From Lama guanicoe (taxonomy: Eukaryota), in NCBI GenBank assembly GCA_013239625.1, contig MU054001.1, positions 3,512,167-3,576,166 of the forward strand: a stretch of DNA of 64,000 bases, written 5' to 3'. This document shows, piece after piece, positions 1 through 17,540 of the stretch (the first letter of the stretch is position 1; every line of letters starts with the position of its first letter). The notes under the pieces were generated by a model that was not told where the DNA came from, searched no databases, and saw only the letters and a list, made by a program, of their open reading frames with translations. The translations under genes were made by a program, and so were the position numbers.

Positions 1-419
1 GCTAATTTGGGTCGGCCCAGCCCGGGATGGGGGGGCCTGGGGGAGGGAGGGGGGCGCAGGCCGGGGCGCCGGGTGCGCAGAGGCGAGGAGGCAGGCCCCC
101 GGCGGCCGGGCCGCGGAGTCCCGGGCGGTCGCGAAGAGGGTTAACCCAGTGTCGGGCGGCGCGGCACGCAGAGCCAGCCCCGCGGCCGGCTTATTGGGCC
201 AGCGCGCGGAGAGACAGGGGTCTGCAGCAAATCACGAACTAATTGATTAAGGCGAGCGGGTTTGAATAGCGCTGGCCCGGTGCCAATCGCCTTTCAAAGA
301 GCCCCTCTATGATTAATCGCAATGCATTATTGATAATCATAATTATAGCAGGACACATGCGCGCTGCGCCCGGGGCCGGGGAGCCGGGGAGGGGGCGGGC
401 GGGCCGGCGGGCGGGGGGA

Positions 420-439
420 GCCGCCGCCGCCGCCGCCGC
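420..439 (+). repeat. (GCC)6 trinucleotide repeat upstream of the start codon
   Basis: gccgccgccgccgccgccgc read directly. Confidence 0.9.
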
Positions 440-506
440 TCGATTTCCGTAATTTTGAGAAGATTTTTTTTTAGTAATTTTTTATTCTGCCCCAGCTGAT
501 GTTTGA

Positions 507-893
<387 letters not shown>

Positions 894-3800
894 TGAGTCC
901 TCCTAGGGGGAGGAGAGAGGGCACGTCGGCCTTGCTCCTCTATCCCGGCTTTCCGGGGAGCAGAGCCCGGGACCCGCCGAGCCGTGGCCGTGGCCCGGGT
1001 GCCTGGCGGGGCGCGGGTGCGGGCAGAGGCCGTCGGCGCTTGCCTGCGCGGGGCTCCACGCGCTCCCTGGCCCGCGCCCGGGACCCGGCCTGGCTTCTGC
1101 CGCCCTGGCCTAGTTGCCTTTGGGAGGGAAGTTTACTTTGTGCTCCAGGCTGAAGTCGGAGCTTGGGGGCAGTTCCCTGCGCCGAGCTCCCTCCCCTCCA
1201 CCACGCTCCCACTCCCCCTGGGCCTGCGCGGCGGAATGGGATGCCTTTGGGAGTTCAGAGCTGCAAGAAGATGGGGAGCTATGTCGGGGCGCCCGCGCTT
1301 GACACGCTGAGGTGGAGGCCGGGGTGGCGACTGCGCTTTTCTGCCGATTGCTCCGCAGACAGAGTGCAGGCGGACGGGGGAGAGTGTCCGGGTCCGGTCG
1401 CCCAAGTTTATCCCCGCATCTCCTCTCCCAACACATGCAACCTCCGCCCCCAAGATATCTTTAGACTCGGCAAGCGCCGGCTGAGGATCTTGGTACCTCG
1501 TACTTCCAGAAGTCGTAAGGGTCGTTTTTCAGGGCTAGGGGGCTATCTAGCCAGGAGAGAATCACCCTGGAAGAGAAGCACTCGCGTTCTCCGATGGAGG
1601 CGACAACTGCGGGGTCCCGAAGGGAATGAACGGGTCCAGAACAAAGTTTGTGTGAGGGGCTAAGGCCGAGAATGGGAGAGATCCGAGCAGCGAATTGGGG
1701 GTACAGAGGGAGGGCACCTCGCGTGCCTCCTTATCCCTAAAGGTGTTTCACTTTAGGGGCCTCTGAGCTCCCAGGCCCAGGGCCGGAGGCGATGGAGCGG
1801 CGCCCGGGCTCGGATTCCCGGCACAATGCTCGCCTCTCGGCTGCGGAAGGACAAGCAGCAACCCCCCAGAGCCGCCTCCGCGACGCGGGTGCCTCTCGGG
1901 ATACTCCAGTCCCGGGCGTCACTTTGGGGTGTGGAGGAGGGAGCTGGACCTCGATAGGGCTCAGAAGGATGCCCTTGGGTCGGCACCTCTGTCCACTTAA
2001 ACTCTGAGGCCGCCCGGGCCCCGTGGTCCCGGGGTCCTTGCTTAGAGGCCTGCTTCTCAGCAGAGCTGAGGCGCAGGCACCCGCGCAGAGCCCAGGCAGA
2101 GAAGCGAAGGGACTCCCACCCGCTTCACCCTGACTGTCCGGGAAGGGGATTCCTGGTGTGGGAGTGCCTGTAAGAAACTGGGGACACCAGAGACCACTAA
2201 GAAATTTGTTTACAGTGTTTGTCCCCTTCACCCCAGTACTTTCTCAAGCTTCAAGCCTTACCCAGAATCTGCAATTTCTCAGTCCGCTGAGAAGAACCCC
2301 TGGTCCCCGCTTTCTACCGAAGGCGAGACCGAGTACTCGAGGTATATCGAGGTGAAATTACTCAAGGCCGCTGGAACAGTTATTTTTCCGGGTTTTCCCA
2401 GCTGGTTTCTTCTGCATCTTGCCCCTACACCCATCTTTCCTAAAGTGAGACCTTCCGCAGGGCAATACTGTTAAAGTTAAAATTTGTAAAGGAAAATCCT
2501 AACGGGAGGAGAAGAAAGAGTTTTTTAGTCTTTTTTTTTTTTGTAAATGTGTACTGATTTTATACATTTTTCAAAAAAGAAAAAAAATGGCTAGATCTTT
2601 GCCTTTTTCCTCTTGCCTTCTGAATCCGGAATTTTTAATAGTTAAGGCTTCTCATAAAGCAATAGCATAAAAGGAGTTCACTACCTCGTACCATCATTAT
2701 TTATGAGGACTTTTTTTTCTTAGTTTATTTGAGCTTTGAGGTAAGTTAATTAAGTAACTGAATCAAGTTCCTTTTCTTTCTTTTCTTTTTTCTCTTTCTT
2801 TTACTTTTTTTCCTCCCTTCCTTCCTTCCTTTCGTTTTTCTTTCTTTTTTATTCTCCAAAGCTGGTTCATTGTCCTAAGAAGCAGTAAACTGTTAGGGGC
2901 ACCATAGGAAACATTCCCCTCCCAGCCCCCTTTCTCACCTCTCCCCACCCCCCTCTTTTTCTCCAGTTGTAATGGTTTTAAGTTATGACTGTTTTTACAT
3001 GGTTGAACAATAAGTTTGGGAGAAGCTGCCTAGAGGGTAGATTTTGTAATAGGGTTACAGGATTTAGTATGTTGTAATAATATTAGTACACAACTAATCC
3101 TCCTCCATGTCTGATTTACAGGAAGGCCTTACACACTCCAGTTCTTTTTATTTGGGAGCAGTTGTAAGATACATGGAATTGAGAGATCACCGCAGGTCTC
3201 AAAGTTACCTTTAAAAAGTCACCACATTTTCTGCGGTGTATTCAGCCATCTCCTTTCGTCTCTCCACATAGCACACACACTTCAAGGAGGCGTTGGAGTT
3301 TGTTTTTGGGTTTAGGGGTTGGTTGGTTGGTTTTTTACCTGCATAAAGCTTGTTAAATTTTTAGACGTTAGACCTTTACTTAAACAGTGTGGATACTTTT
3401 TCTCCTGTCCTCACACAGGCTTAAAATGTGCCACATGAAATGTGGAACATACCATGTTAAATCTAGTTGGGACTCTTAGCAGATGACTCCAGTTTCACAA
3501 CCTCTGCCCAGAGTGGGACCTAGAAAAGTTTGGAGACCCCCATTTCAGTAGCCCTGAAGGAGCGACTCCCAAGGCTGGGCACAGCCAGAGTCGCTGCATG
3601 TCACGCCTGTGTGTGTCTGAGTGTGTGCGCGCGTACAAAGAAAACCCGAGCCAGGCTCTACAGCACCAACAATAACTTCATCAGAACAAGTTCAAGAAAA
3701 CAAGATTATTTGGTCAGCCTTCCAGTGTTCGTATTCTAATTCTACTTCGGTGCAGCTGTAATACCAGAAACACCCTAAAATGAACTTGGGAATTTTCCTG

Positions 3801-6579
3801 TTTCTTATGAAACCAAGATGATGTATGAAACCAAGAGACACATAGTACTTGTCTCTTAAATGATATTCAACAAGTCTCAGATGACTTGTGGAGGGATGAC
3901 TGCCACTGTGAAAATTATTTACTGAGGTAATTCTGAGGAAGGGGAACATTAGAATCTGAGGATTTCATATGTGGGTTCTTTACTAGAGATTTGGATTTCA
4001 GGAGTGTATATGGGTATGTGTGTGTGTATGTGTTGGGTTTTTCTTCCTTGGGTGGTGGTTTTAAAATTCCTGGAGCTAAATGGATGGCCCATTCAGACTC
4101 CATTCATTTCAGTGCGTACATAGCTTTTTCAAGGAAAAGATAATATTGGAAGAAAGATAAAAACATCACGAACTGCAGATAAAACATTGCCTCTCATATA
4201 AAGTATCATAAAAATTCCTCTTATTTATATTAATAATGAAATTCTATTATTTACCAAACTAATTTACTCATTGTGAGCAGCTTAATGGCAACACATTGAT
4301 TTTTAGGCCCAAAAGGTTAGAGAGAACCATAATTAATTGCTTTTTTTGAAAAACCGACACCTGCAAGATAAGGCAGTTGGAAAGAATTCATGTTTAATCA
4401 GGCCCATTTTAAGTTTGTGGCCTAAAGGAAGATTTTGGATGAGAAAATGCAAACTGTTTGGGGGGTATTTGCTTCAGGCTGCACATTCTTCCTCAAATGT
4501 GAAAAAACAAGCATACAAACAAGTGAAGTGTAGCTGGACAGAGAGAGTGTGCATGAAAGTGAATTTGTGACTGAATGTTTTGTGGTTTATTTCACATCCA
4601 GTGTCACCTATGGTTTATAGACACAAGTGCCAATTTATAGGTCCTTCTTTGGGGACTTTATTTCATGTTTTTCTTCTTTTGCGGTAGCAAGTTGTCTCAG
4701 CCAGCAGTCTTTTAGAAAGCAGGAAACGTGAAGTTCTAACACAGAGATCTTACTGAAAACCTGGGGAAGAAATAGGTAGACCAGTTGCTCAGTTTTTTGA
4801 AATTGTGAAAAGCCAGGCATACAGTAGGAACTAGGGTTCATTTCTTCCACAGACTGAATTCGGTTTTTCTAAGGTACCTCCTGATGCAGTTAGCCCCATC
4901 TTCTAAAATATTTTTCGATTACCAAAACTGCAGTCCTCCAGCAGTTGAGTGAAGGAGATGGGAAATTCTTATCCCAAGAACCAGCACCCCTCCCCCTCCA
5001 GAAGAAAAAAAGTTGGTGTGCCAGGCTTTGGAAAAACTCGATGTGTCGAGCTGTTTTAACCTCTGCTAGCCTCCTCCCATGCAGAGGTGACAAGGTCCAG
5101 ATCATAATATGTCCTTCAGTATCTTCTCAGTGACCCCCAAATTGAGTCTTGCTAGTCACTTAGCAGGAAGTTAGTAGTTTATTTTAGTTTCACCTTATCA
5201 GCTTGGCTTCTTTCCCTAACCTTATTCCCCTGTCACCCTCAGATGCCAGACCCCCAAAGGGGAAGATTGACAGGTAGTTCCCATAGCTCAGTTTTACCCT
5301 CAAACAACAGGGATTTAGTTTCTTGTGCCTTTGCCAATGTTTATGTAGTCAAAGTTTAGATCTCGCCTTAAGCAGTCTCTTTTACGCGTCACTGGAATAG
5401 GAAAGCCACAAAGAAGTTTTTGAACAAGCCCTTGCAACTGGAACCCCATCTAGTGTTCAGTCTGATTCATCCAAGGGGAAGACATTTTCCCCTTTCATTT
5501 ATTGTGGACATTAGGTGGGCTGGTATCATGCGTTTCAAAGGACTGTCTTGTCCGTGTTGTTATTTTTGTAGAGACTTCACTTGCCCTCGTCCACTCAGGA
5601 ATACACTAATCCCGGTCAGAACACCGAGGGAACTTGGAGGGGGCCAGGAAAACGTGTCCTTTGGTTACAGATCGCATAGAAGAAACTTAAGACAGTGCCG
5701 AAAATATGCAGCGCATATGTGGGAGTGTTTAAAATTGCTTTGGAATCTTAAGCTGGACATTCAGACGCAGGCTTTTCCCAGGTCTGTGAAAGAAGAAGAA
5801 AGGGGGGGGGGAAGAGAAAAGACCAATCGATCAAAAATGTGTGTGATAGCCCTTCTAAATTGGTCTACGAAAAGGAATAGCCTATTAAAATGACAGGCTC
5901 CAAAATCACAATCTGGAGAGGTTTTCTTAAAAATGTGAGTGTGACCTGAAGGTAATGAGAAGTAAAAGTGCCGGATCTTTCCAAGAAGCGCCAAAAAAGA
6001 AAACTAAACATGGAACAGGAGGGCTGTTGTTCTGTGTTGTTTTGTTTTGTTTTGTTTCCTGGCTGGCAAAACCCTTCAGTGTGGGGCATAGTTTTATTTT
6101 GGTTGCCTCAGCAGACAGTTACACGGGAACCCTTCAGCGCTCTGCCTCCTGTCCTGCAGGGTTTCAGTTCAGATGATGAAAAACTGACACATTTAAACTG
6201 AGCATCAAGTACCTAAATAGTACAATAAGAACTAAAACATCTGGGATTTTCATATAAATTGGAAGGAGCTATAAGATCACCTCTTCCCCTGACCCAGAGG
6301 AAAACAACAACAACAAAATTCTAAATATCTTTTTTGTGCGTACCTACTTAAAAAACCACCACTTCTTAAATTTTCCTATAAGGCCAGGATTACAAATAAC
6401 TTTAACCTGTGTGCAGCATCCATGGAAGAGGAACTGGAATGTTATTTTCACCATAGTACAGGGATCGAGGCAACTGTATTTACTATAATGGGGTCACCAG
6501 TTGCAATCCTGTGTAACAGATTATTGCAAGAGATACAAGATAGCAGACGATTCAGAAAATGAATTAGAACATGTGAGTT

Positions 6580-6615
6580 TGTGTGTGTAAGTGTGTGTGT
6601 GTGTGTATGTGTGTA
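6580..6615. repeat. Imperfect (TG)n microsatellite
   Basis: tgtgtgtgtaagtgtgtgtgtgtgtgtatgtgtgt. Confidence 0.8.
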
Positions 6616-8151
6616 TCTGATTACAACTTAAAATACTCCCTTTGGTAGTTAAAGATTCAGACTAGTCCTCATGTTTTGTCGTTTTTTTAAAAAGCTGGTT
6701 CATTGGAATCCTGTTCAGAATGCAGATAGATTTATTAAAGTTAGAACTGTTACAGTGTAGCGACACCTGCTTTTGAAATAAATCAAAATAGATAGCAGGA
6801 TTATTTTTATTTATTTTTTTTTTTGGTGTTCATAAACATCAGGAAATTAAATTAGTTGACTCTACAGTGAGATCAAATGTCAGCTTATTAAAATGTTGTG
6901 AAAATCCAAGCTAAAATATGGGCAGCTTTTTTTTTTTTAACACAGTCTCTTTCTTAGAAGCAAGCAGGCATTTATTTTTAAGTGTCTATATTTTCCATCC
7001 AGTTAGCACAATCCCAAATATAAAAACGTTCAGGTTGAAAAACTTGAAAATTCTCAAGTGAGTCTTGAAGTAGCACAAATGCAGACCTTGAGCACAGGAA
7101 GGTAATAATCAGCTAAATCCTGTAAAGTAACCTTCTTTTTATTTTCTCTCTATATTATGAGAATATCAGATGTTTGCAAGTTATAAAGAATTAAAATGCT
7201 CTTTAATCGTGAGCACAGATGTGCTAAATATTTGAAGCAACTACATTGTAATGTGTACAATTGATGAAGTCAGTTTTCTGATTTCCCTTGCTAGTTATTT
7301 AGTTCTGAATCTGTCATTATTTGTCTAAGCCCAGCTGACCAAGCAAAACTGTGTTTTAAAGTGGCTTTATGTTTTGATAAATGTGAGCTGGTTGAAAAGT
7401 ATTTTCCACTGAATGCAGAGCTTAATAGAACATGCTGACATAATAGTTTTAATGCATTTTGTTGAAAATGTGTGAACAAACAGAATAGCTTTTGTTCCTT
7501 CATAATTGGCTGTAAAAGTAGATGGAAACATAACCATTACATATGGAAATGTGCAAAGAGAAAGAAATAACGTTTCTGTTGAATATATTAGGAATTGCAT
7601 TTCCTAGTTTAAAATAAGCATCTGAGATGGATGCATCATTTAAAATTGGTTGTCAAAATAAGAAGCTTTAGACAGAATTTTTGTCACATTATTTTTGTCC
7701 CAAGTGAAGCAACATAACTTTAGCGAATTTCGTTTAATATTTTGTTGATATTATTTTAAGGCAGGGAGAGAGACAGAAAGTGCTTAAAACAGCACCTTGA
7801 AGGTGCATAGGAATCCTGTGCCGAGTTAGGGTGATTAAACATTAAATTAAAACTGAATCATTATTGGTATGTTCTGCTACAACTCAGATTTGTTTGGTAT
7901 TGTTAACGCATTTTGCACTATACCCTTGTGGAGATTAAAAGATGGGTATTAGGAAAGCTGGCTTGTTAAGTAGAACTTAGCTACTCAAATAACACTCCCA
8001 GTGAATAGAGTGGCATATACTGGCATACTTTACCAGCGCTCTAACCGGCATCACTCAAGGCAGACAGAGTTAAGGAATTTTCAGAAGTTAGTATTTGGAT
8101 ATTAATTATATTTTCTGGAATGCAAAACTACTCAAGCTTGCTTTCTTTCTT

Positions 8152-8181
8152 TTCTCTCTCTCTCTCTCTCTCTTTTTTTTT
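8152..8181. repeat. (TC)n plus poly-T microsatellite
   Basis: tctctctctctctctctctctc followed by a T run. Confidence 0.8.
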
Positions 8182-9662
8182 CCCCCCTTTTTGATGTTTA
8201 CTACAAAGAGGGCAAATGGCTGGCTCTTTTGAGTTGACTCTTAAGTTTACCCAAAAAAAGCAGCATTTTGATTTTGCATTTATTCGTATTTGCAATTAGT
8301 TTTTTTTTTTTTTCCCTGCAAGTTTTCCGGTAGATTCAATTTGGAAGTCATGGAAACTAACTATTATCTGATTCAGTTCTGCAGAAAAGCATGCAGGGAG
8401 GTAATCCTTGAATTAAACAGTTTTTTTTTTTTTTCCACAGCCTTCGGAGATGACCACACACCATTTGTACAACAGAAGTTGGTGTTCCCCATGCTGGGCA
8501 AACAATGGGACGCCATCCTGTCTTTGAATAGGATGTTAGCTTGGAGTTGGAGATTTTTATGTTTAATTTACAAATGGATCTTAGTGAGAAGAAATCTGAG
8601 CAACCAGTGGAAACAAACATGAAATAAAGGGATTTTATAATGAAAGGTTCAGGACAATCTGTTAAACAATTGATAACAGTTAAGAGCAAACTGTTTTTAA
8701 AGGCATTCAGACGGGGAGAATGGCGAAGCATTTCCAAACTGGAAACCAAGAATTATTTCTTCGCCTTCCCTTAACTGCACTTCTTTAAGCTGATGTTTAA
8801 TCAGAAATGTAAATCTTGTGCCAGTTTTTATAGATGCAAAGAGCAATTTTGATGGAATATTTAGAGGCATGATATTGCCATTTGAAGCATGGTGGCATAT
8901 ATTCCTTGATTAGTGGAGTGGTAGCCACGGTTGCATTCTTTACTTTTAAAAATAAACGTGCCATGGGGTGATATATAGGTGCCAGGCAGGCCTTGTAACG
9001 GATTATGACCATTGTGTTTCTCTGGGGTGCGCGCGTGTGCACGTGGGCGTGCACGCATTGCTTTCTCTTTTGTATTCAACTGAGTCCCGAGCTGTCTGGA
9101 GGATTTGTTACTGATGTGGCTACAGTGTGTTTGTCACGAATCAGACTTAGCTCAGGTTCTAGGTAGGGGCTGGAGGTGATTTTCAAGTTGTCAGTCTTCA
9201 GCCTGGTGATACGCATTTTTTTTTCCCCTTGTCAACCACTGATTGGAACCTGAATGACTACAAATTAGTTTAGTGACAGAACAAACTGTCACAGATATCT
9301 TTGAATCAGTTGAAAATGAATAAGGTTGACAGAAACTCAGGAGCCTAATAAGTCCTCAGGATGGTGGCTGGACCCTCTCTGGATGAGCAGACAATAAGGT
9401 GTATAAATATTGGAAATCAATATTTTGCTATGGAATTTCATTATGCACCGATGTCCGCAGTTCATAGTATTTTATATTTTGATGGATGACCTGAAGGCCG
9501 TGGCTCTCTGAGATACCATCTTGATAGGAAGGCCTTCAATATCCTTAAAATTTAATTATGAGCGTTCTTAGGGAATATTGATTGTGTTTCAGGGGCCCTA
9601 GTTTTGAGTTTCCAGGGTAGAAAAGAGTTGCCTGACCGCTTCCTCTCGTGTCGAAGTCATAG

Positions 9663-13388
<3,726 letters not shown>

Positions 13389-14232
13389 TAATCTGGTACC
13401 TAAGTGGTGCAGCAGCCTAGCTCTGTTGTCTTGCTAAGTGCACCAAATGAATCGCTTTACCCACCAAGTGAGACAGCCCAGCGTTGCCATGGGGTATTGA
13501 TTAAAGATCTCCATGTGGCCTGCGTGCAGCCCGTATCACTTAATAATTACAGTTCTCCTCGGCGTGTGCATCTACTTTTTTCATAACTACGTGGCCCAGC
13601 ACGGTTTGTCTTTCTAAAAACAGTAATGTCACCACTCTGCTAATGGGTATTATGATAATTGATTATACAGCATTTCCTACTGATACGTGCTGGAAAGAAA
13701 GCAAATATGCTTAAGTTCTAGAGCAACAGTTGAGCACTCTGACTGTGTACATTTTTCTGTTGACAGAGTATTTCTCTAGAGATCGCTGCCAGTAATGCGA
13801 GATGAATAATTACTTTCTGGCTTTTTCTCTCCACGCACGGGCCCTCCAATGGGCAATCAGTGAGGGGCACTTTCTTCCCATCTGAAAAGGACATTTATAG
13901 GGTAAAGGGTGTCAGATACAATACTTACCATTGCAATGAGAGTGGACATAACAATTCTAACCCTGAAAGGAGCTATCTGCGACTGACTGGCTTGCTTGAG
14001 GCCATTATAAGCTAAATGCAGGTAATAAAAAAAGAGTAACTAAGGCATCCTGGCCCAGGCAGAGGAGAGGCCGCCCAGGGCTGCTGTAGAGAGCGAGCAC
14101 CTTATTACTAGTGGACTGGAGGGGACGGTTCCCCTTACCCTCCCCACTGTCTGGCACATAATAAGAATAGACATTGCGGCCACTTGCTTTGTTGAGTGTT
14201 GGGTTGTGAGTTGAGACAGATTCAACTATTAA

Positions 14233-14736
<504 letters not shown>

Positions 14737-15925
14737 AGGCACCCGGGCAGGAGGAAGAAAGAGCCTTCCTGTTCAGAAGGAGACCCACGGTGGCCTCCAG
14801 CTCCTCACCCCGTGCCCCCCAGTCCCTGGTCCCCCCACCCCCCGCCCGATCTCTGAACTACAACATTCTGCAGACATTCTTTTGTACTTTGTTCAACTTC
14901 TAGAGTTCCAAGAAAGCTTATTTATTAGTGATATAACCTTGCTTTGCAAACAGAATGCAAGCGTTAACTTTGGTCTTCTGTATTTTGGGACTAAATACTA
15001 ATTGACTAGCGTCCTGTAAACTTGCTGTAACATTTATGGCAACTGCAAGTTGCCCTGCTAGGCGGTCTTAATCTGGCATTAACTTATTTTCCATATCCAG
15101 TTTAATATGAATCTGGTGTTGATGCAATGCCTCAGTGATGCATTAGATCTCTAATAAAGTCTGTATATAAATGTACACTTTGATCCTGCTGGAGAATTTT
15201 ATCAGCAAACACATTGTCTAATCTTTTGAAACAAATTTAAGGAAAGGACTGAAAGTACAGACTGAACTGTGTGGTTCTTTGAAAGGTTTGGGGTTTTTTG
15301 TTTTTTGTTTTTTGTTTGGTTGTTTTTTTTTTTTTAATTTTGATTCTAAAATTCAATCTGCCTTTTTTTTTTGTAGATTTAACCATTTCCGTTTTGAACT
15401 GCTATTTGTATTGTGCTTTTTACTTGAGTCGTCCTCAATGTTAATAAGTTTCTGTACAGTGATAAGCACGCAGAATTCTTTAGAGAAAATACCAGTGTTG
15501 TTTTGGTAGTTGAAACTGAGACGTAACATTTTGCCTTGTAGGTATATTCACAATAGAAAATGTGTGCTGGAATTTCACAATGCTGCTAAGTATAGCATCT
15601 TGAACAACCTTCAGTGGAGAAAATGTAGATGCTCTTGTATATACGATAAGAAGTATCACTTTCATTAAAATGTACATATGTTCCTTACAAGAGCAAATGC
15701 TTCTTCTTGATCAAGAGAGCAGGTATAGTGTTCGTTTATTTTGTATTAGGTATGGAAGAAAAAAATTGGACTGTTACATGCACTTTCTTGGAAAGTTGAA
15801 AGGAAGGGGGGGGTCCAATTTCTTTAACATTTAATACTTACTAACAACAGAGATACTGTAATTTTACTCAAGTAATCAAATACATTTTTTTTGCAACAGA
15901 TAAAACGAAATACTGTGTCTGTGTT
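14737..15925 (+). other. SALL1: SALL1 3' UTR (3' end approximate)
   Basis: AU-rich, repeat-free sequence after the stop. Candidate poly(A) signals AATAAA 15153-15158, ATTAAA 15664-15669 and GATAAA 15899-15904, the last followed by a GU/U-rich tract. Confidence 0.7.
15153..15158 (+). terminator. Canonical polyadenylation signal (proximal site candidate)
   Basis: AATAAA about 420 nt after the stop codon. Confidence 0.55.
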
Positions 15926-16282
15926 TTTAGAGTGCATTTCTATTTAGCCAGGCCCTGAAATGTATTTTAACATATCCCCAGGCACCAGTAAATTGTTTAT
16001 GCGTGTATCTCACTCTCTAAATAAGGAATTGTAAAAGGCGTAACAGAAACAGGTTTGCATGGGCATGTGTTTCCTTTTTCTTTCTTTCTTCCTTTTTTTT
16101 AAATTTGGAGAATCTATATATTCTCCCAATATCAATTACTTGCTTGGCCACTCTTCTTACAACCCCCCTGTCCCCCCAAAATAAGGACAAAAAATGATAG
16201 GAAAGAAAAAGTTGGTATTGGAGGGTCCATCCGACCAGGTAAGTTTCCTTAAGCGAGGCATTTGTGCCCACTGAGACTTAGG

Positions 16283-16313
<31 letters not shown>

Positions 16314-16619
16314 CAAGTTTCACTTCCCTTGATTCAGTCGTTTTTCCAGGCGGCTGAGAGCAGCGTTGCTGGAGAATTCCCGGTGCAGCGGGGGTTATAT
16401 AATCTGACTCTGAAACTGGGCCTCAACCCAGAGAGGTCAACTTGGTCTTTATTTAATTAGTCTTTCAGGCATTTACACACACGCATATTTGAAAGAAAAG
16501 GTCCATTACAAAGGATGCGTAGAGTCAACTTGAACCTTGCATCATCAAAATTCAATCTGATTCTTCCTCTCCCTTTTGTTCTAGGGGAAACATGTTTTTC
16601 TCCTAAGCACTATTTTGGG

Positions 16620-17540
16620 GTAAGCAAACGGACGGGGTGGAACTTGGTGTCTAGAGGGGTCTGCGAATTTTTCCTTCCAGAGAGGCGGTGAATCGTCAGC
16701 AGCCGGTGGCCCTGCGCCCAGGTAAGGGAGAAGGGTCGTCGGGGCCACCTTCCAGTAGAAGTTTCCACCGGGGTGCAGGCCACTCAGTGGCCACTCGGGG
16801 CGCGCCTCTCCAGGCTGGGTGGTCTGGGGGCCCAAGCGGGGCGTGCCGGAAGGCGGGCGCTGATCCCAGCCAGGACAGTGCGGGGACTGGCGCCCCCCAA
16901 CCACCAGAGGGCACGGGCGGGGGTGTGCGCGGCGGTGTGCTGCCGGGCATCCTCCGTCGTTTCAGCACGCAATTGGTGTTTCTCGACGGCGCCGCTCCCA
17001 GGGAGACCCCTCTGCTCGAGAGTGGGGACGAGGCGAGAAGGCAGAATTCCGGCAGTTCTAGTTCTGTACCGGCCAGAGGGGGACGTTTTCACTGCGAAAG
17101 AGGCGTCCATCCTCCTCCCACGGCTGGGCGCGAAGATGACGGGGTGTCCGGGCCTGTGTGGTCTTAGGATCCGGGCGCTTCTCCCTGGACCGAGCCTGGG
17201 GACCTGTGGGGGCATCCGAGGGCTGCTGGCCACCGAGAGGGGCAAGCGCGCTCACGCACCCCCGCCGCCACCCCAACCCCGGCTCCACCGTCCCCGCGCC
17301 GCGCTCGCCTCTCCAAAAGGGTCCCCTGGGACGAGCCCCGAAGCCGTTCCCAAGCACACGCCCAGCGGCGGGACCCGCTCGCCCGGCCCCCTCCCTCCGG
17401 TGGCCGCGGCGCTGTCGCCACCCCCGCCCCCAACCTGGGGCTCCCACCGACGGCGGGCGCGGGGGGTCATGGCCCTGGGCCACCTCGGGGGCGCGTCCGT
17501 TTCCTCCAGGTGGGTGGGGAGCGGGCAATTTTGTCTTTAC
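16620..17540. promoter_or_regulatory. CpG island immediately 3' of SALL1 with a CTCF-like motif
   Basis: High GC and CpG density. CCACCAGAGGGCAC at 16901-16914 matches the CTCF core consensus. Confidence 0.7.
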
